DNA from: Verrucomicrobiota bacterium
GTDB lineage: Bacteria; Verrucomicrobiota; Verrucomicrobiia; Chthoniobacterales; UBA10450
Assembly (NCBI GenBank): GCA_041167045.1
Contig: JBEEGW010000001.1
Location: 6,514-70,513 of the forward strand
Reading direction: 5' to 3'
DNA length: 64,000 bases
Within the stretch, counting starts at the first letter, position 1. Every line of letters starts with the position of its first letter. Position numbers and translations under genes: made by a program. The notes below the pieces were generated by a model. It saw only the letters and a program-made list of their open reading frames with translations. It searched no databases and had not been told where the DNA came from. Below, piece by piece: positions 10,083 through 18,697 of the stretch.

Positions 10083-10771
10083 ACGTCTCCGTCATCATTC
10101 CGGCGCTGAACGAAGAAGAGCCGATCGCCGATGTTGTGCGCGAATGTTTCGCGACGAAAATTCCGAGCGAAATCATCGTCGTCGATAACGGCAGTGACGA
10201 TTGCACTGCCGAACAGGCGCGCGAAGCTGGCGCGAAAGTTGTAAACGAGCCAGTTCGTGGTTACGGCCGCGCATGCCTCGCTGGAATTCGCGCGCTTTCG
10301 CCCAATTGCGGCATCGTCGTGTTCCTCGATGGCGATGGCAGCGATGTGCCCGCGTTCATGAACAAACTTGTCGATCCAATTGCGCGCGGCACACAAGATT
10401 TCGTGATCGGCTCGCGCGCGCGCGGACGACGCGAGCGCGGCAGCATGAACGCGCAACAAATTTTCGCTGGCCGTCTCGCCGGTTGGTTATTGTCGATCTT
10501 GTACGGCGTGCGCTACACCGACATGTGTCCGTTTCGCGCGATTCGCCGCGATGCGCTCGACAAGATCGACATGCGCGAAAAAACTTACGGCTGGAATTTG
10601 GAGATGCAGATGCGCGCCGCGCGCGAACGATTGCGCATTCTCGAAGTGCCGGTCGATCATCGGCGGCGCGCCGGCGGCGAATCGAAAGTTTCCGGCACAT
10701 TGCGCGGCACGTTTGTGGCCGGCACGCGAATTCTTGCGACGCTGCTGCGCATCGCGCTCGAAAGGAAGTAA
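10079..10771 (+). CDS. glycosyltransferase family 2
   Basis: VIIPALNEE...VVDNGSDDCT...DGDG motifs of GT-A fold GT2. The GTG start overlaps the epimerase stop as GTGA. Confidence 0.8.
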   Translation: MNVSVIIPALNEEEPIADVVRECFATKIPSEIIVVDNGSDDCTAEQAREAGAKVVNEPVRGYGRACLAGIRALSPNCGIVVFLDGDGSDVPAFMNKLVDPIARGTQDFVIGSRARGRRERGSMNAQQIFAGRLAGWLLSILYGVRYTDMCPFRAIRRDALDKIDMREKTYGWNLEMQMRAARERLRILEVPVDHRRRAGGESKVSGTLRGTFVAGTRILATLLRIALERK

Positions 10772-10812
10772 GTCTTTTTCCGAGCGCCGCTGCGAAATAT
10801 AGTCGCAACACC

Positions 10813-12375
10813 ATGAACGACACGCTCATGACGCGCGGCAAAGCGATCGTCGCCGGAATTATCGCCGGCGTTTTCGCCGCGATTGTCATGACCGTTGTCA
10901 TGTTGATCCTCGCGCTGTTCGGCATCGCCACGCCATTGTCGATCCTGGGCGATCGCATTTCGGTTTTTTTTAAACCGGAGCCGTTTCTCGCGTTGATGGG
11001 TCGCGTCGGCGGTTACAATCATCTCAAACAGCTCGGCGTAGGATCGACAATCGCCGGCCAACTTTTTGTCGGCGCGTTCGGCGGCGCGATTTATGGAATG
11101 CTGCGCGGACCGCGCGGACGGCGCAACGTGCTCGTCACCTTCGCAATTCTCGTTTTGCTTCCGCTCTTTGTCGCGATGATCGCGCTCGCGCCCGTGCTCG
11201 GCACAAGTTACCGCGGGTTTCCGATTGCGATGGCGAGCGCGCTGACAATCGGCGGCTTGTTTGTTTCGTTCATCGCTTTTGAGCGCGCACTTGTTTTCGG
11301 ATTTCGATTTTTCACGCGGCCGCGCACACTGATCAACGATCAGGAATTTACGCCGCCAATCGGTCGCCGCGCCTTGTTGCTCGGCGGAATAGGTCTCGTT
11401 ATCGCCGGCGGTGGGGCCGCGATCATGCGCGCGCTCTATCGCGCCGCCACTTTTAGTTACGACGGTACGCAATACAAAGGCCGCATCGTACAACCGATCA
11501 CGCCGAACGAGCTCTTTTATTGCGTCACGAAAAATATTGTCGATCCAACCGTGGACGCGTCGCTCTGGCGTTTGGAAATTTCCGGGCTCGTCAAAAATCC
11601 GAGAAATCTTCGTTACCAAGAATTAAAAACGCTGCCCGCCATCGAACAGGAAACGACACTCATGTGCATCAGCAACGGATTGGACGCCGGCCTGATCAGC
11701 AACGCGCTTTGGAAAGGCACGCCGATGCGCGGTTTGCTCGAAGCCGCGCAGCCGCTCGTCAGCCCGGCGAAAGTGAAACTGCACGGCGTCGATAATTACA
11801 CCGACACATTTCCGCTCGAAAAAGCGATGGAGGAAACCACGCTCGTCGCTTACGAAATGAACGGCGCGTTCCTGCCGTATCGCCACGGATTTCCGGCGCG
11901 CGTCATCGTGCCCGGATATTTCGGCGAGAAACATGTGAAATGGCTCACGCGCATCGAAGTGGTCGAGGCCGACGCAAAAGGTTTTTACGAAACGCAAGGC
12001 TGGGGTCCGGACTTCATCACGCCGACAAGATCGAGAATCGACGTGCCGTATCACGAGGAAACTTTTCCGCTCGCGGTCGCGGCCAACGGAATTCCGGTGA
12101 AAGGCGTCGCGTTCGGTGGCGATCGCGGAATCTCGCGCGTCGAAATCAGTTTCGACGACGGCAACGAATGGGACGACGCGAAGATCGATTATCCCGGAAC
12201 GAAATTAACCTGGGCGCTTTGGAGTTACGATTGGCGCCCAGACGACGCCGACAATTACACCCTCGTCGTACGCGCCACCGACGGCGACGGCGAAATTCAG
12301 CAATACGATCCGAACCGCCCCTTCAAATCCGGCGCAACCGGCTTTCATAAAATCGTCGTCCACATTACGGCGTAA
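10813..12375 (+). CDS. membrane-anchored molybdopterin-dependent oxidoreductase (sulfite-oxidase family)
   Basis: N-terminal TM helices followed by the sulfite-oxidase / YedY-like Moco domain (LMCISNG...GFPARVIVPGYFGEKHVKWL). The ORF-track N-terminal extension from 10201 is Arg-rich and overlaps the GT2, so the start is called at the ATG at 10813. Confidence 0.7.
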   Translation: MNDTLMTRGKAIVAGIIAGVFAAIVMTVVMLILALFGIATPLSILGDRISVFFKPEPFLALMGRVGGYNHLKQLGVGSTIAGQLFVGAFGGAIYGMLRGPRGRRNVLVTFAILVLLPLFVAMIALAPVLGTSYRGFPIAMASALTIGGLFVSFIAFERALVFGFRFFTRPRTLINDQEFTPPIGRRALLLGGIGLVIAGGGAAIMRALYRAATFSYDGTQYKGRIVQPITPNELFYCVTKNIVDPTVDASLWRLEISGLVKNPRNLRYQELKTLPAIEQETTLMCISNGLDAGLISNALWKGTPMRGLLEAAQPLVSPAKVKLHGVDNYTDTFPLEKAMEETTLVAYEMNGAFLPYRHGFPARVIVPGYFGEKHVKWLTRIEVVEADAKGFYETQGWGPDFITPTRSRIDVPYHEETFPLAVAANGIPVKGVAFGGDRGISRVEISFDDGNEWDDAKIDYPGTKLTWALWSYDWRPDDADNYTLVVRATDGDGEIQQYDPNRPFKSGATGFHKIVVHITA

Positions 12376-12383
12376 GATCGACA
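12374..12383 (+). repeat. motif copy whose 5' flank supplies the TAA stop of the molybdopterin oxidoreductase gene (TAAGATCGACA)
   Basis: AAGATCGACA at 12374..12383. The stop TAA is at 12373..12375. The same geometry occurs at 58482..58492 and, as a variant, at 16109..16118. Confidence 0.85.
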
Positions 12384-12386
12384 ATC

Positions 12387-13181
12387 TTATTTCTGGCAGC
12401 GCGGGCACCACGCGGTCGTGCGGCCACCGATGGTGGCGCGCTGGAGTGGGCTGCGATGGAGCGGACAAATGCCGCTGCATTTCCAGCGTTGATGAATGAG
12501 CCAATTCTTCGGCGGATCAGAATAATTTTTGCCGAGCGTTTCGAGAGATTTTCGTGCGATGGATTTTGTGGCGCGGAAAAACGCGGTGCGTTCGTCGCGA
12601 TCTAATTTTCCAGCAGGCCGCGACGGGAAAATCTTGGCGCGCCAGAGAATTTCGTCGGCCATCCAATTGCCGATTCCGGAAAAACCATTTTGCAAAAGCA
12701 GGACGGCTTTGATCGGCGCCTTTTTATGTCGATCTAAGAAGCGATCGACGAATTCTCGATCAAACTTCGCCGAAACAATTTCGGGAATGTTCCTTTTCCA
12801 CCAATCGGGCTCGTCGCGGCCGTGATGAAATCGGACGCGACCAAACTGACGCGAATCGCGAAAGACGAGCGCGCGTTTTTCTTGAAACAAAACAAGATGA
12901 TCGTGTTTGCCGGCGCGGAAGTTTTCCGATTCGACGCGCAACGTTCCGGTCATGCCAAGATGAATGCCAAGCCAATTCTCTCCCGAAAACTTAAAGAGCA
13001 TTCGCTTACCGCGCGCTTCGGAGTCGAGAAACTTTTCGCGGATCAATCGTTGCCGCAGTTTGCGCGTGTTCGTTCCGCGAAAAATTCTTTTCCGCGCGTG
13101 CAAGCTAAGATCGACAATTTTTTCGGCGCGACCCGCGTTCCATTGTTTGCGATACCACTCAACCTCGGCCAGCTCCGGCAT
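12387..13181 (-). CDS. mutM: formamidopyrimidine-DNA glycosylase
   Basis: MPELAEVE N-terminus and a C-terminal zinc finger CPRCQ. Confidence 0.9.
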   Translation of the reverse strand: MPELAEVEWYRKQWNAGRAEKIVDLSLHARKRIFRGTNTRKLRQRLIREKFLDSEARGKRMLFKFSGENWLGIHLGMTGTLRVESENFRAGKHDHLVLFQEKRALVFRDSRQFGRVRFHHGRDEPDWWKRNIPEIVSAKFDREFVDRFLDRHKKAPIKAVLLLQNGFSGIGNWMADEILWRAKIFPSRPAGKLDRDERTAFFRATKSIARKSLETLGKNYSDPPKNWLIHQRWKCSGICPLHRSPLQRATIGGRTTAWCPRCQK

Positions 13182-13216
13182 CGTCTAAATTAACTGCGGA
13201 GATAGATGCGTTCCAC

Positions 13217-14164
13217 TTGCACGCTGTGCTAGATTCATCTGTGGAGAAAGTAGTCATCGTGGGAAGCGGTTGCGCTGGTTTGACGGCCGCGATTTATGCA
13301 GCGCGCGCCAATTTAAATCCGCTCGTTCTCGAAGGCCGGCAACCGGGCGGACAACTTTCAACCACCACGCTCGTAGAAAATTTCCCCGGATTTCCTGACG
13401 GGATCGATGGGCCAAAACTGATCATGGACATGCACAAGCAGGCGGAAAAATTCGGCGCGCGATTTTCTTACGCGGAAGTGACCGACTTCGAGCCGCACAA
13501 CGAACATGTGCGCATCAAAGCGGATGACGAATGGATTGACACGCAAGCGTTGATCGTAGCGAGCGGCGCGTCGGCACGTTACTTGAAACTTGAGAACGAA
13601 GAAAAACTCATTGGTCACGGCCTAACGAGTTGCGCGACGTGCGACGGCGCGTTTTACAAAAACGTTCCGGTGTGCGTAATCGGCGGCGGCGATTCCGCGG
13701 CGGAAGAAGCGATCTTCCTCACGCGTTTCGCTTCGAAAGTTTATTTGATTCATCGACGCGACAAAATGCGCGCATCGAAAATCATGGTAGACCGCGTGCT
13801 CGCCAACAAAAAGATCGAGCCAATCTGGAACACGATCGTGACCAAATACATTCCGGATGAGCGCGGCGAAATGCACGCGGTGCGGCTGCGCAATGTGGAA
13901 ACCAAAGAAGAACGCGAGCTGCCGGTGGCGTGCGTGTTTGTCGCGATCGGTCACGATCCGAACACGAAAGCGTTCGCTGGAAAACTTGAGACCGATCCGG
14001 ATGGCTATTTGATCGCGCGCCATCTAGCCGAGAGCAAACATCCTGCCGTCTTCATCGCCGGCGACGTAGCCGATCGCGTCTACAAACAAGCGGTCACCGC
14101 GGCTGGCTCCGGCTGCGCCGCGGCCCTGGAAGCCGAGAAGTATCTCAGCGGGCTGGGGAAATAA
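13217..14164 (+). CDS. trxB: thioredoxin-disulfide reductase
   Basis: FAD motif GSGCAG, redox-active CATCDG and NADPH motif GGGDSA. Confidence 0.9.
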   Translation: MHAVLDSSVEKVVIVGSGCAGLTAAIYAARANLNPLVLEGRQPGGQLSTTTLVENFPGFPDGIDGPKLIMDMHKQAEKFGARFSYAEVTDFEPHNEHVRIKADDEWIDTQALIVASGASARYLKLENEEKLIGHGLTSCATCDGAFYKNVPVCVIGGGDSAAEEAIFLTRFASKVYLIHRRDKMRASKIMVDRVLANKKIEPIWNTIVTKYIPDERGEMHAVRLRNVETKEERELPVACVFVAIGHDPNTKAFAGKLETDPDGYLIARHLAESKHPAVFIAGDVADRVYKQAVTAAGSGCAAALEAEKYLSGLGK

Positions 14165-14197
14165 TCTCTGATTATTCCGGCCTTCGGTCGCTCAACT

Positions 14198-14244
14198 GAA
14201 ATAGTCAGAGATGCTTCGCCTTCGCTCAGCATGACAAAAAAGTG
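14198..14244 (+). promoter_or_regulatory. conserved upstream leader element, copy A, with mini-uORF ATG-ACA-AAA-AAG-TGA overlapping the GTG start of the GT4 gene
   Basis: About 40 nt (AATAGTCAGAGATGCTTCGCCTTCGCTCAGCATGACAAAA) is 35/40 identical to a sequence upstream of the S9 peptidase gene at 39154. It is preceded by an imperfect inverted repeat TCTCTGATTATT (14166..14177) / AATAGTCAGAGA (14200..14211). Confidence 0.5.
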
Positions 14245-15417
14245 AAGATTTGCGATCTGACGCAGTTTTATTCGCCGCTCAGCGGCGGCGTGAAACGTTA
14301 CGTTCACGAAAAGATTGCGTATATCCAAAATCATTCGCCGGAAGACGAGCACGTTCTCATTATTCCGGGACCGAAAACGGACAAGATCGACAACGACCGG
14401 TCGCGCATTTACGAAATTCATTCGCCGCTTATCTCACGCAGTTCGCGTTATCGCGCGCTCTTGAATCTGCGCGCGGTCGAAGAAATTCTGGAGCGCGAGC
14501 GGCCGGACATCATCGAATCCAGTGATCCGTATCAGATCGCGTGGAAAGCGATCGCTTCAGGACGAGCTCTGCAAATTCCGGTCGTCGCTTTTTATCATTC
14601 GCATTTTGCGGAAGCGTATTTGCGTAGCACGGAAAAATTTCTGGGGCGACGCGCGACTGAACTCGTCATGAAAGCCGCGCGAAGTTATGTCCGCAAACTT
14701 TACAATCAATTTGAAGCGACGCTGGTTCCGTCGCTGCGATTGGCGCGCGTTCTCGAAGATTGGGGCGTGAAAAATATTCACGCGGTTAATCTCGGCGTGA
14801 ACACGGAAATTTTTCGGCCGACGCCAAACGACGCAGCGGTGACGCGGCAGTCGTTAGGCGTACAAGATCGACATAAACTTTTGCTCTACGTGGGCCGACT
14901 CGCGCCGGAAAAAAATACGTCGATCTTATTTCAGGCTTTCGAACTGCTCGCCGCGCGGCGGCCGAATGATTTTCATCTGCTCGTCATCGGCGACGGCCCG
15001 CAGCGCGAACAATTGGAACAACTGAAATCGCGCACAAATGCTGTGACATGGATTCGCTATTGCGCGGAATCGGTTGAACTATCTCGATTTTATCGCGCGG
15101 CCGATCTTTTCGTTCATCCCGGAATCCAGGAAACGTTCGGATTTGTTGCGCTGGAAAGTCAGGCTTGTGGGACGCCGGTGGTCGGAATTCGCGGCAGTTA
15201 CATGGACCGCATCATTTTTCACGAACAGGAATCGTGGGCGCGCGAAAATTCGGTGGAAGCGCTGGCTGATGCGATCGAAGCGTCGAGCGAAAAAAAATTG
15301 TCGATCCTGGGAGCAGAGGCTGCGCGCCTGGCCGAGGAGCGTTACGCATGGCCGCGCGTCTTCGAACGCTTCTTTTGCATTTATCGCGAAGTTTGCGCAA
15401 ACTACCGCCGTGCCTGA
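14242..15417 (+). CDS. glycosyltransferase family 4 (group 1)
   Basis: 391 aa GT-B protein with the E-x7-E region (FGFVALESQACGTPVV). GTG start. Confidence 0.85.
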   Translation: MKICDLTQFYSPLSGGVKRYVHEKIAYIQNHSPEDEHVLIIPGPKTDKIDNDRSRIYEIHSPLISRSSRYRALLNLRAVEEILERERPDIIESSDPYQIAWKAIASGRALQIPVVAFYHSHFAEAYLRSTEKFLGRRATELVMKAARSYVRKLYNQFEATLVPSLRLARVLEDWGVKNIHAVNLGVNTEIFRPTPNDAAVTRQSLGVQDRHKLLLYVGRLAPEKNTSILFQAFELLAARRPNDFHLLVIGDGPQREQLEQLKSRTNAVTWIRYCAESVELSRFYRAADLFVHPGIQETFGFVALESQACGTPVVGIRGSYMDRIIFHEQESWARENSVEALADAIEASSEKKLSILGAEAARLAEERYAWPRVFERFFCIYREVCANYRRA

Positions 15418-16111
15418 CAACTTGAAGAACGAGAGGTCCTTCACCATTCGCAGCTATCGTCCCGAAGATCGCGCGGGCGTGCGACGCCTCTGTTGCCAGA
15501 CTGGATTTCTCGGCGAACCGATCGATCCAGTTTACGAAGATCGACAATTGTTCGCCGATTTTCTCACGACCTATTACACCGATCACGAACCGGAATCATC
15601 GTTCGTTTTGGAGATCGACGGTGAGATTCGCGGTTATCTGCTCGGCTCACGCAAACCGTTGCGCAACCAGCTTTACTCATTTTGGCAAAACATTTCGTTG
15701 TTCCTGAAAGCGCTCACGCGTTACCCGCGCTACCACGAACGGTCGCGTCGTTTCATTCGCTGGACGCTCGCGCACGGCTGGCGCGAAGTTCCCGCGGCGC
15801 CACGGCGCGTCCCGCATTTTCACATCAATCTTTTGCCGGAGGCGCGCAAGATGTCGACCACGCGTGCCCTGATGAGCGCGTATCTCAGCTATCTCTATCG
15901 TTGCGGCGAGAAAAGTGTATACGGACAGATCGTCACGTTTGAAAGCCGGCGTGGCGAAAAACTCTTCGAGCGTTACGGCTTCCGCGTGATGAATCGCGCC
16001 GAGATCACGAAATACAAAGCGTTTTATCCGGAATCGGTTTATCTGAGCACAGTGGTGAAGAACCTTGAAACGGCCGAGCCACTCACGGTCACATCGCGGC
16101 CGCGATCGTAA
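15410..16111 (+). CDS. putative GNAT-fold acetyltransferase-like protein
   Basis: ORF in a different frame from the GT4. The start is uncertain (GTG 15410 or TTG 15422). Weak GNAT-like features (YLLG...FERYGF). Confidence 0.4.
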   Translation: MPDNLKNERSFTIRSYRPEDRAGVRRLCCQTGFLGEPIDPVYEDRQLFADFLTTYYTDHEPESSFVLEIDGEIRGYLLGSRKPLRNQLYSFWQNISLFLKALTRYPRYHERSRRFIRWTLAHGWREVPAAPRRVPHFHINLLPEARKMSTTRALMSAYLSYLYRCGEKSVYGQIVTFESRRGEKLFERYGFRVMNRAEITKYKAFYPESVYLSTVVKNLETAEPLTVTSRPRS

Positions 16112-16195
16112 GATCGATCCGCCTTCGCTGAGGCTACGGCGGGACAAGCACCTTGTTTGCGGCTTTTGCGTGAGTTACACTCGCGCGTTCTTTTT

Positions 16196-16268
16196 GCCGG
16201 CATAGCTCAGTTGGTAGAGCAGCTGATTTGTAATCAGCAGGTCGTCGGTTCGAATCCGTCTGCCGGCT
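16196..16268 (+). tRNA. tRNA-Thr (anticodon TGT)
   Basis: 73-nt cloverleaf folded by hand. Acceptor GCCGGCA/TGCCGGC, D-arm GCTC-AGTTGGTA-GAGC, anticodon stem GCTGA/TCAGC with loop TTTGTAA, T-arm GTCGG-TTCGAAT-CCGTC. Confidence 0.85.
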
Positions 16269-16306
16269 CTCTTCATTAAACAAAACGACGATACGCAAAA
16301 CTCGCG

Positions 16307-17059
16307 ATGCTGAATGGCCAGAAGATCGTTGTGGTGATGCCGGCTTATAATGCCGCGCGCACTTTGCGGCGGACTTACGACGAAGTGATGGCGCAAGGAA
16401 TTGTCGATCTTGTCATCGTGGTCGATGACGCGAGCCAGGACGAAACAGTTGCAATCGCGCGCACGCTCGATCGCGTGCATGTGGAAGTACATCCGATGAA
16501 CCGCGGTTACGGCGGGAATCAGAAGACCTGTTATCGGTTAGCGCTGGCAGAAGGCGCGGACATCGTCGTGATGATCCATCCCGATTATCAGTACACGCCA
16601 CAACTTTTGCCCGCGATGGCGTCACTCGTGGCGAGCGGTCTTTATCCGTGCGTGCTGGCGTCGCGCATTTTGGGAGGCGGCGCGTTGCGCGGCGGAATGC
16701 CGCTTTGGAAATATATTGCGAATCGCGCGCTGACGCTTTTCGAGAATGTGCTCATCGGCGCGAAACTTTCCGAATATCACACCGGCTATCGGGCCTTTGC
16801 GCGCACGCTGCTCGAGCGCTTGCCGCTCGATGCGAATTCCGACGATTTCGTTTTCGATAATCAGATGCTCGCGCAAATTTTGTGGCTCGGTTGCGACATC
16901 GGAGAAGTGACTTGTCCGGCGAAATATTTGCCGGAAGCGTCCTCGATTAATTTTCGGCGCAGCGTGCGTTACGGAGTCGGTTGCGTGGGCACGGCCCTCG
17001 AATATCGATGGGCGAAAATCAGCGGCAGCGGCGGAATCTTTCCAAAGCGCGCGGCCTAA
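16307..17059 (+). CDS. glycosyltransferase family 2 (dolichyl/polyprenyl-phosphate sugar synthase-like, DPM1/ArnC-type)
   Basis: VVMPAYNA...VVDDASQDET...HPDYQY motifs. Confidence 0.85.
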   Translation: MLNGQKIVVVMPAYNAARTLRRTYDEVMAQGIVDLVIVVDDASQDETVAIARTLDRVHVEVHPMNRGYGGNQKTCYRLALAEGADIVVMIHPDYQYTPQLLPAMASLVASGLYPCVLASRILGGGALRGGMPLWKYIANRALTLFENVLIGAKLSEYHTGYRAFARTLLERLPLDANSDDFVFDNQMLAQILWLGCDIGEVTCPAKYLPEASSINFRRSVRYGVGCVGTALEYRWAKISGSGGIFPKRAA

Positions 17060-17073
17060 CGAGTGGTGCTCGA

Positions 17074-18675
17074 TTGAAATCGCCCGGCGACAAGATCGAC
17101 GATTCGCTGCGCGTCGCATGGTGGGTGCTGGGCGCGTTCGCGATCGGCGTTTGTATTTTTATTCGCATTCGACTCCTCGATTTTCCACTCGAGCGCGACG
17201 AAGGCGAATACGCGTACGGCGGTCAGCTGATCCTGCACGGCATAGCGCCACATCAGTTCGCTTACAGCATGAAATTTCCGGGGACGGCCGCGGCCTATGC
17301 TTTGATTATGTCGATCTTCGGACAGAGCGTCGCCGGAATTCACATCGGGTTGTTGCTCGTGAATATCGGCACGAGCGCGCTTTTGTTTTTTTTGGGGCGC
17401 CGGTTGGTGAATTCGATTTGCGGAATCGCGGCCGCCGCCAGTTATGCAGTCATGTCGGTGAGCCCGTCGCTTCTCGGCTGGTCGGCCCACGCGACGCATC
17501 TGCTCATGCTTCCGGTAATGGCTGGCGTTCTGTTACTGCTGCGCGGGTTAGATCGACAATCGGATCGGCAGATTTATTTCAGCGGCCTCCTTTTCGGGCT
17601 GGCCATGTTGATGAAACAACCGGCCGCGGTTTTCATTTTGTTCGGCGTCGCATATCTCATTTTCTGGGACTGGCGCGCGGACCTTTCCGCCAGGCGAATT
17701 TGGTCTCGCGCGTTTATTTTCAGCGCGATGGCAGCGCTGCCGCTGCTCATGACGTGCGTTCTCATCTGGCGGGCCGGTGTGTTCGATAAGTTTTGGTTTT
17801 GGACGATTAGTTACGCCCGCGAATACGCCACGCTCTCTTCGCCCTCGAATGCAACGGCCTATTTGCGCGCGACATTCGAGGAAATTATCGGCGCGCGATG
17901 GTTGTTATTAACGCTGGCAGTTATCGGATTGATTGTCGGTGTTTGGAAAACGAGGCATCGGGTCTTTCTCAGCGCTTTTTTTATCGCTTCCGTTCTCGCG
18001 CTCAGCGTCGGGTTTTATTTTCGACCGCATTATTTCTTTCTAGCGCTTCCGGCGGTCGCGCTGCTCGTCGGCATGTCCGTTACGCAGACGCCCGACTTTT
18101 TTGCGGAACGGCGCGCGGTCGCAAACGTGATTTTATTTATTGTGTTCGGCGCGGCACTCGTTTTGCCGATTTTCCGGGAGCGAAATTTATTGTTCCGGCT
18201 TACGCCAGTGGCGGCTTGTCGATTTATTTACGGCGAATGTCCGTTTCCCGAATCGAAACGAATCGGCCAATTCATTCGTGAACATACGGCGTCGACGGAT
18301 TCCATCGCAGTGCTCGGTTCGGAACCGCAGATTTATTTTTATGCGCACCGGCGTTCCGCCACCGGTTATCTTTACACCTACAGCCTGATGGAGCCGCAAA
18401 AATACGCACACCGCATGCAGCTGGAAATGATTCAGGAAATCGAGACGGCGCGCCCGACATTTCTGGTGCTCATCGTGATCAACGATTCGTGGTGGCCGCG
18501 CCCCGCTTCCGAGCGTCTGATTTTTAACTGGGCGGACAAATATTGCGCGGAAAATTATTCTGCTGTCGGCCTGGTCAACATCGTCGACTTCGATCGCACC
18601 GATTATTTTTTCGAAAATGTTCCCGCGGCGCTCGCGTCACTCAAAGACTACGTTTTGATTTACCAGCGCAAATAG
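17074..18675 (+). CDS. ArnT/PMT-like (GT83/GT39) polyprenyl-phosphate-sugar dependent membrane glycosyltransferase
   Basis: Polytopic membrane protein with a DE..YA motif in the first loop (ERDEGEYAYGG). The start is uncertain (TTG 17074 or downstream GTG). The ORF-track start at 16981 overlaps the GT2. Confidence 0.65.
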   Translation: MKSPGDKIDDSLRVAWWVLGAFAIGVCIFIRIRLLDFPLERDEGEYAYGGQLILHGIAPHQFAYSMKFPGTAAAYALIMSIFGQSVAGIHIGLLLVNIGTSALLFFLGRRLVNSICGIAAAASYAVMSVSPSLLGWSAHATHLLMLPVMAGVLLLLRGLDRQSDRQIYFSGLLFGLAMLMKQPAAVFILFGVAYLIFWDWRADLSARRIWSRAFIFSAMAALPLLMTCVLIWRAGVFDKFWFWTISYAREYATLSSPSNATAYLRATFEEIIGARWLLLTLAVIGLIVGVWKTRHRVFLSAFFIASVLALSVGFYFRPHYFFLALPAVALLVGMSVTQTPDFFAERRAVANVILFIVFGAALVLPIFRERNLLFRLTPVAACRFIYGECPFPESKRIGQFIREHTASTDSIAVLGSEPQIYFYAHRRSATGYLYTYSLMEPQKYAHRMQLEMIQEIETARPTFLVLIVINDSWWPRPASERLIFNWADKYCAENYSAVGLVNIVDFDRTDYFFENVPAALASLKDYVLIYQRK

Positions 18676-18697
18676 CGCAGGCATTCTCGCAAAACAC

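Noticed and set aside
10201-10812. N-terminal 200-aa extension of the molybdopterin oxidoreductase ORF in the ORF track (start 10201).
   Set aside because: The extension is Arg-rich, overlaps the GT2 gene in another frame and lacks homology. The genuine protein begins at the ATG at 10813, right after the GT2 stop, with a TM-rich N-terminus.
16112-16306. tRNA-Thr as an integration site of a genomic island or prophage.
   Set aside because: No integrase, direct-repeat copy of the tRNA 3' end or phage genes flank it. The neighbours are glycosyltransferases with normal composition for this window.
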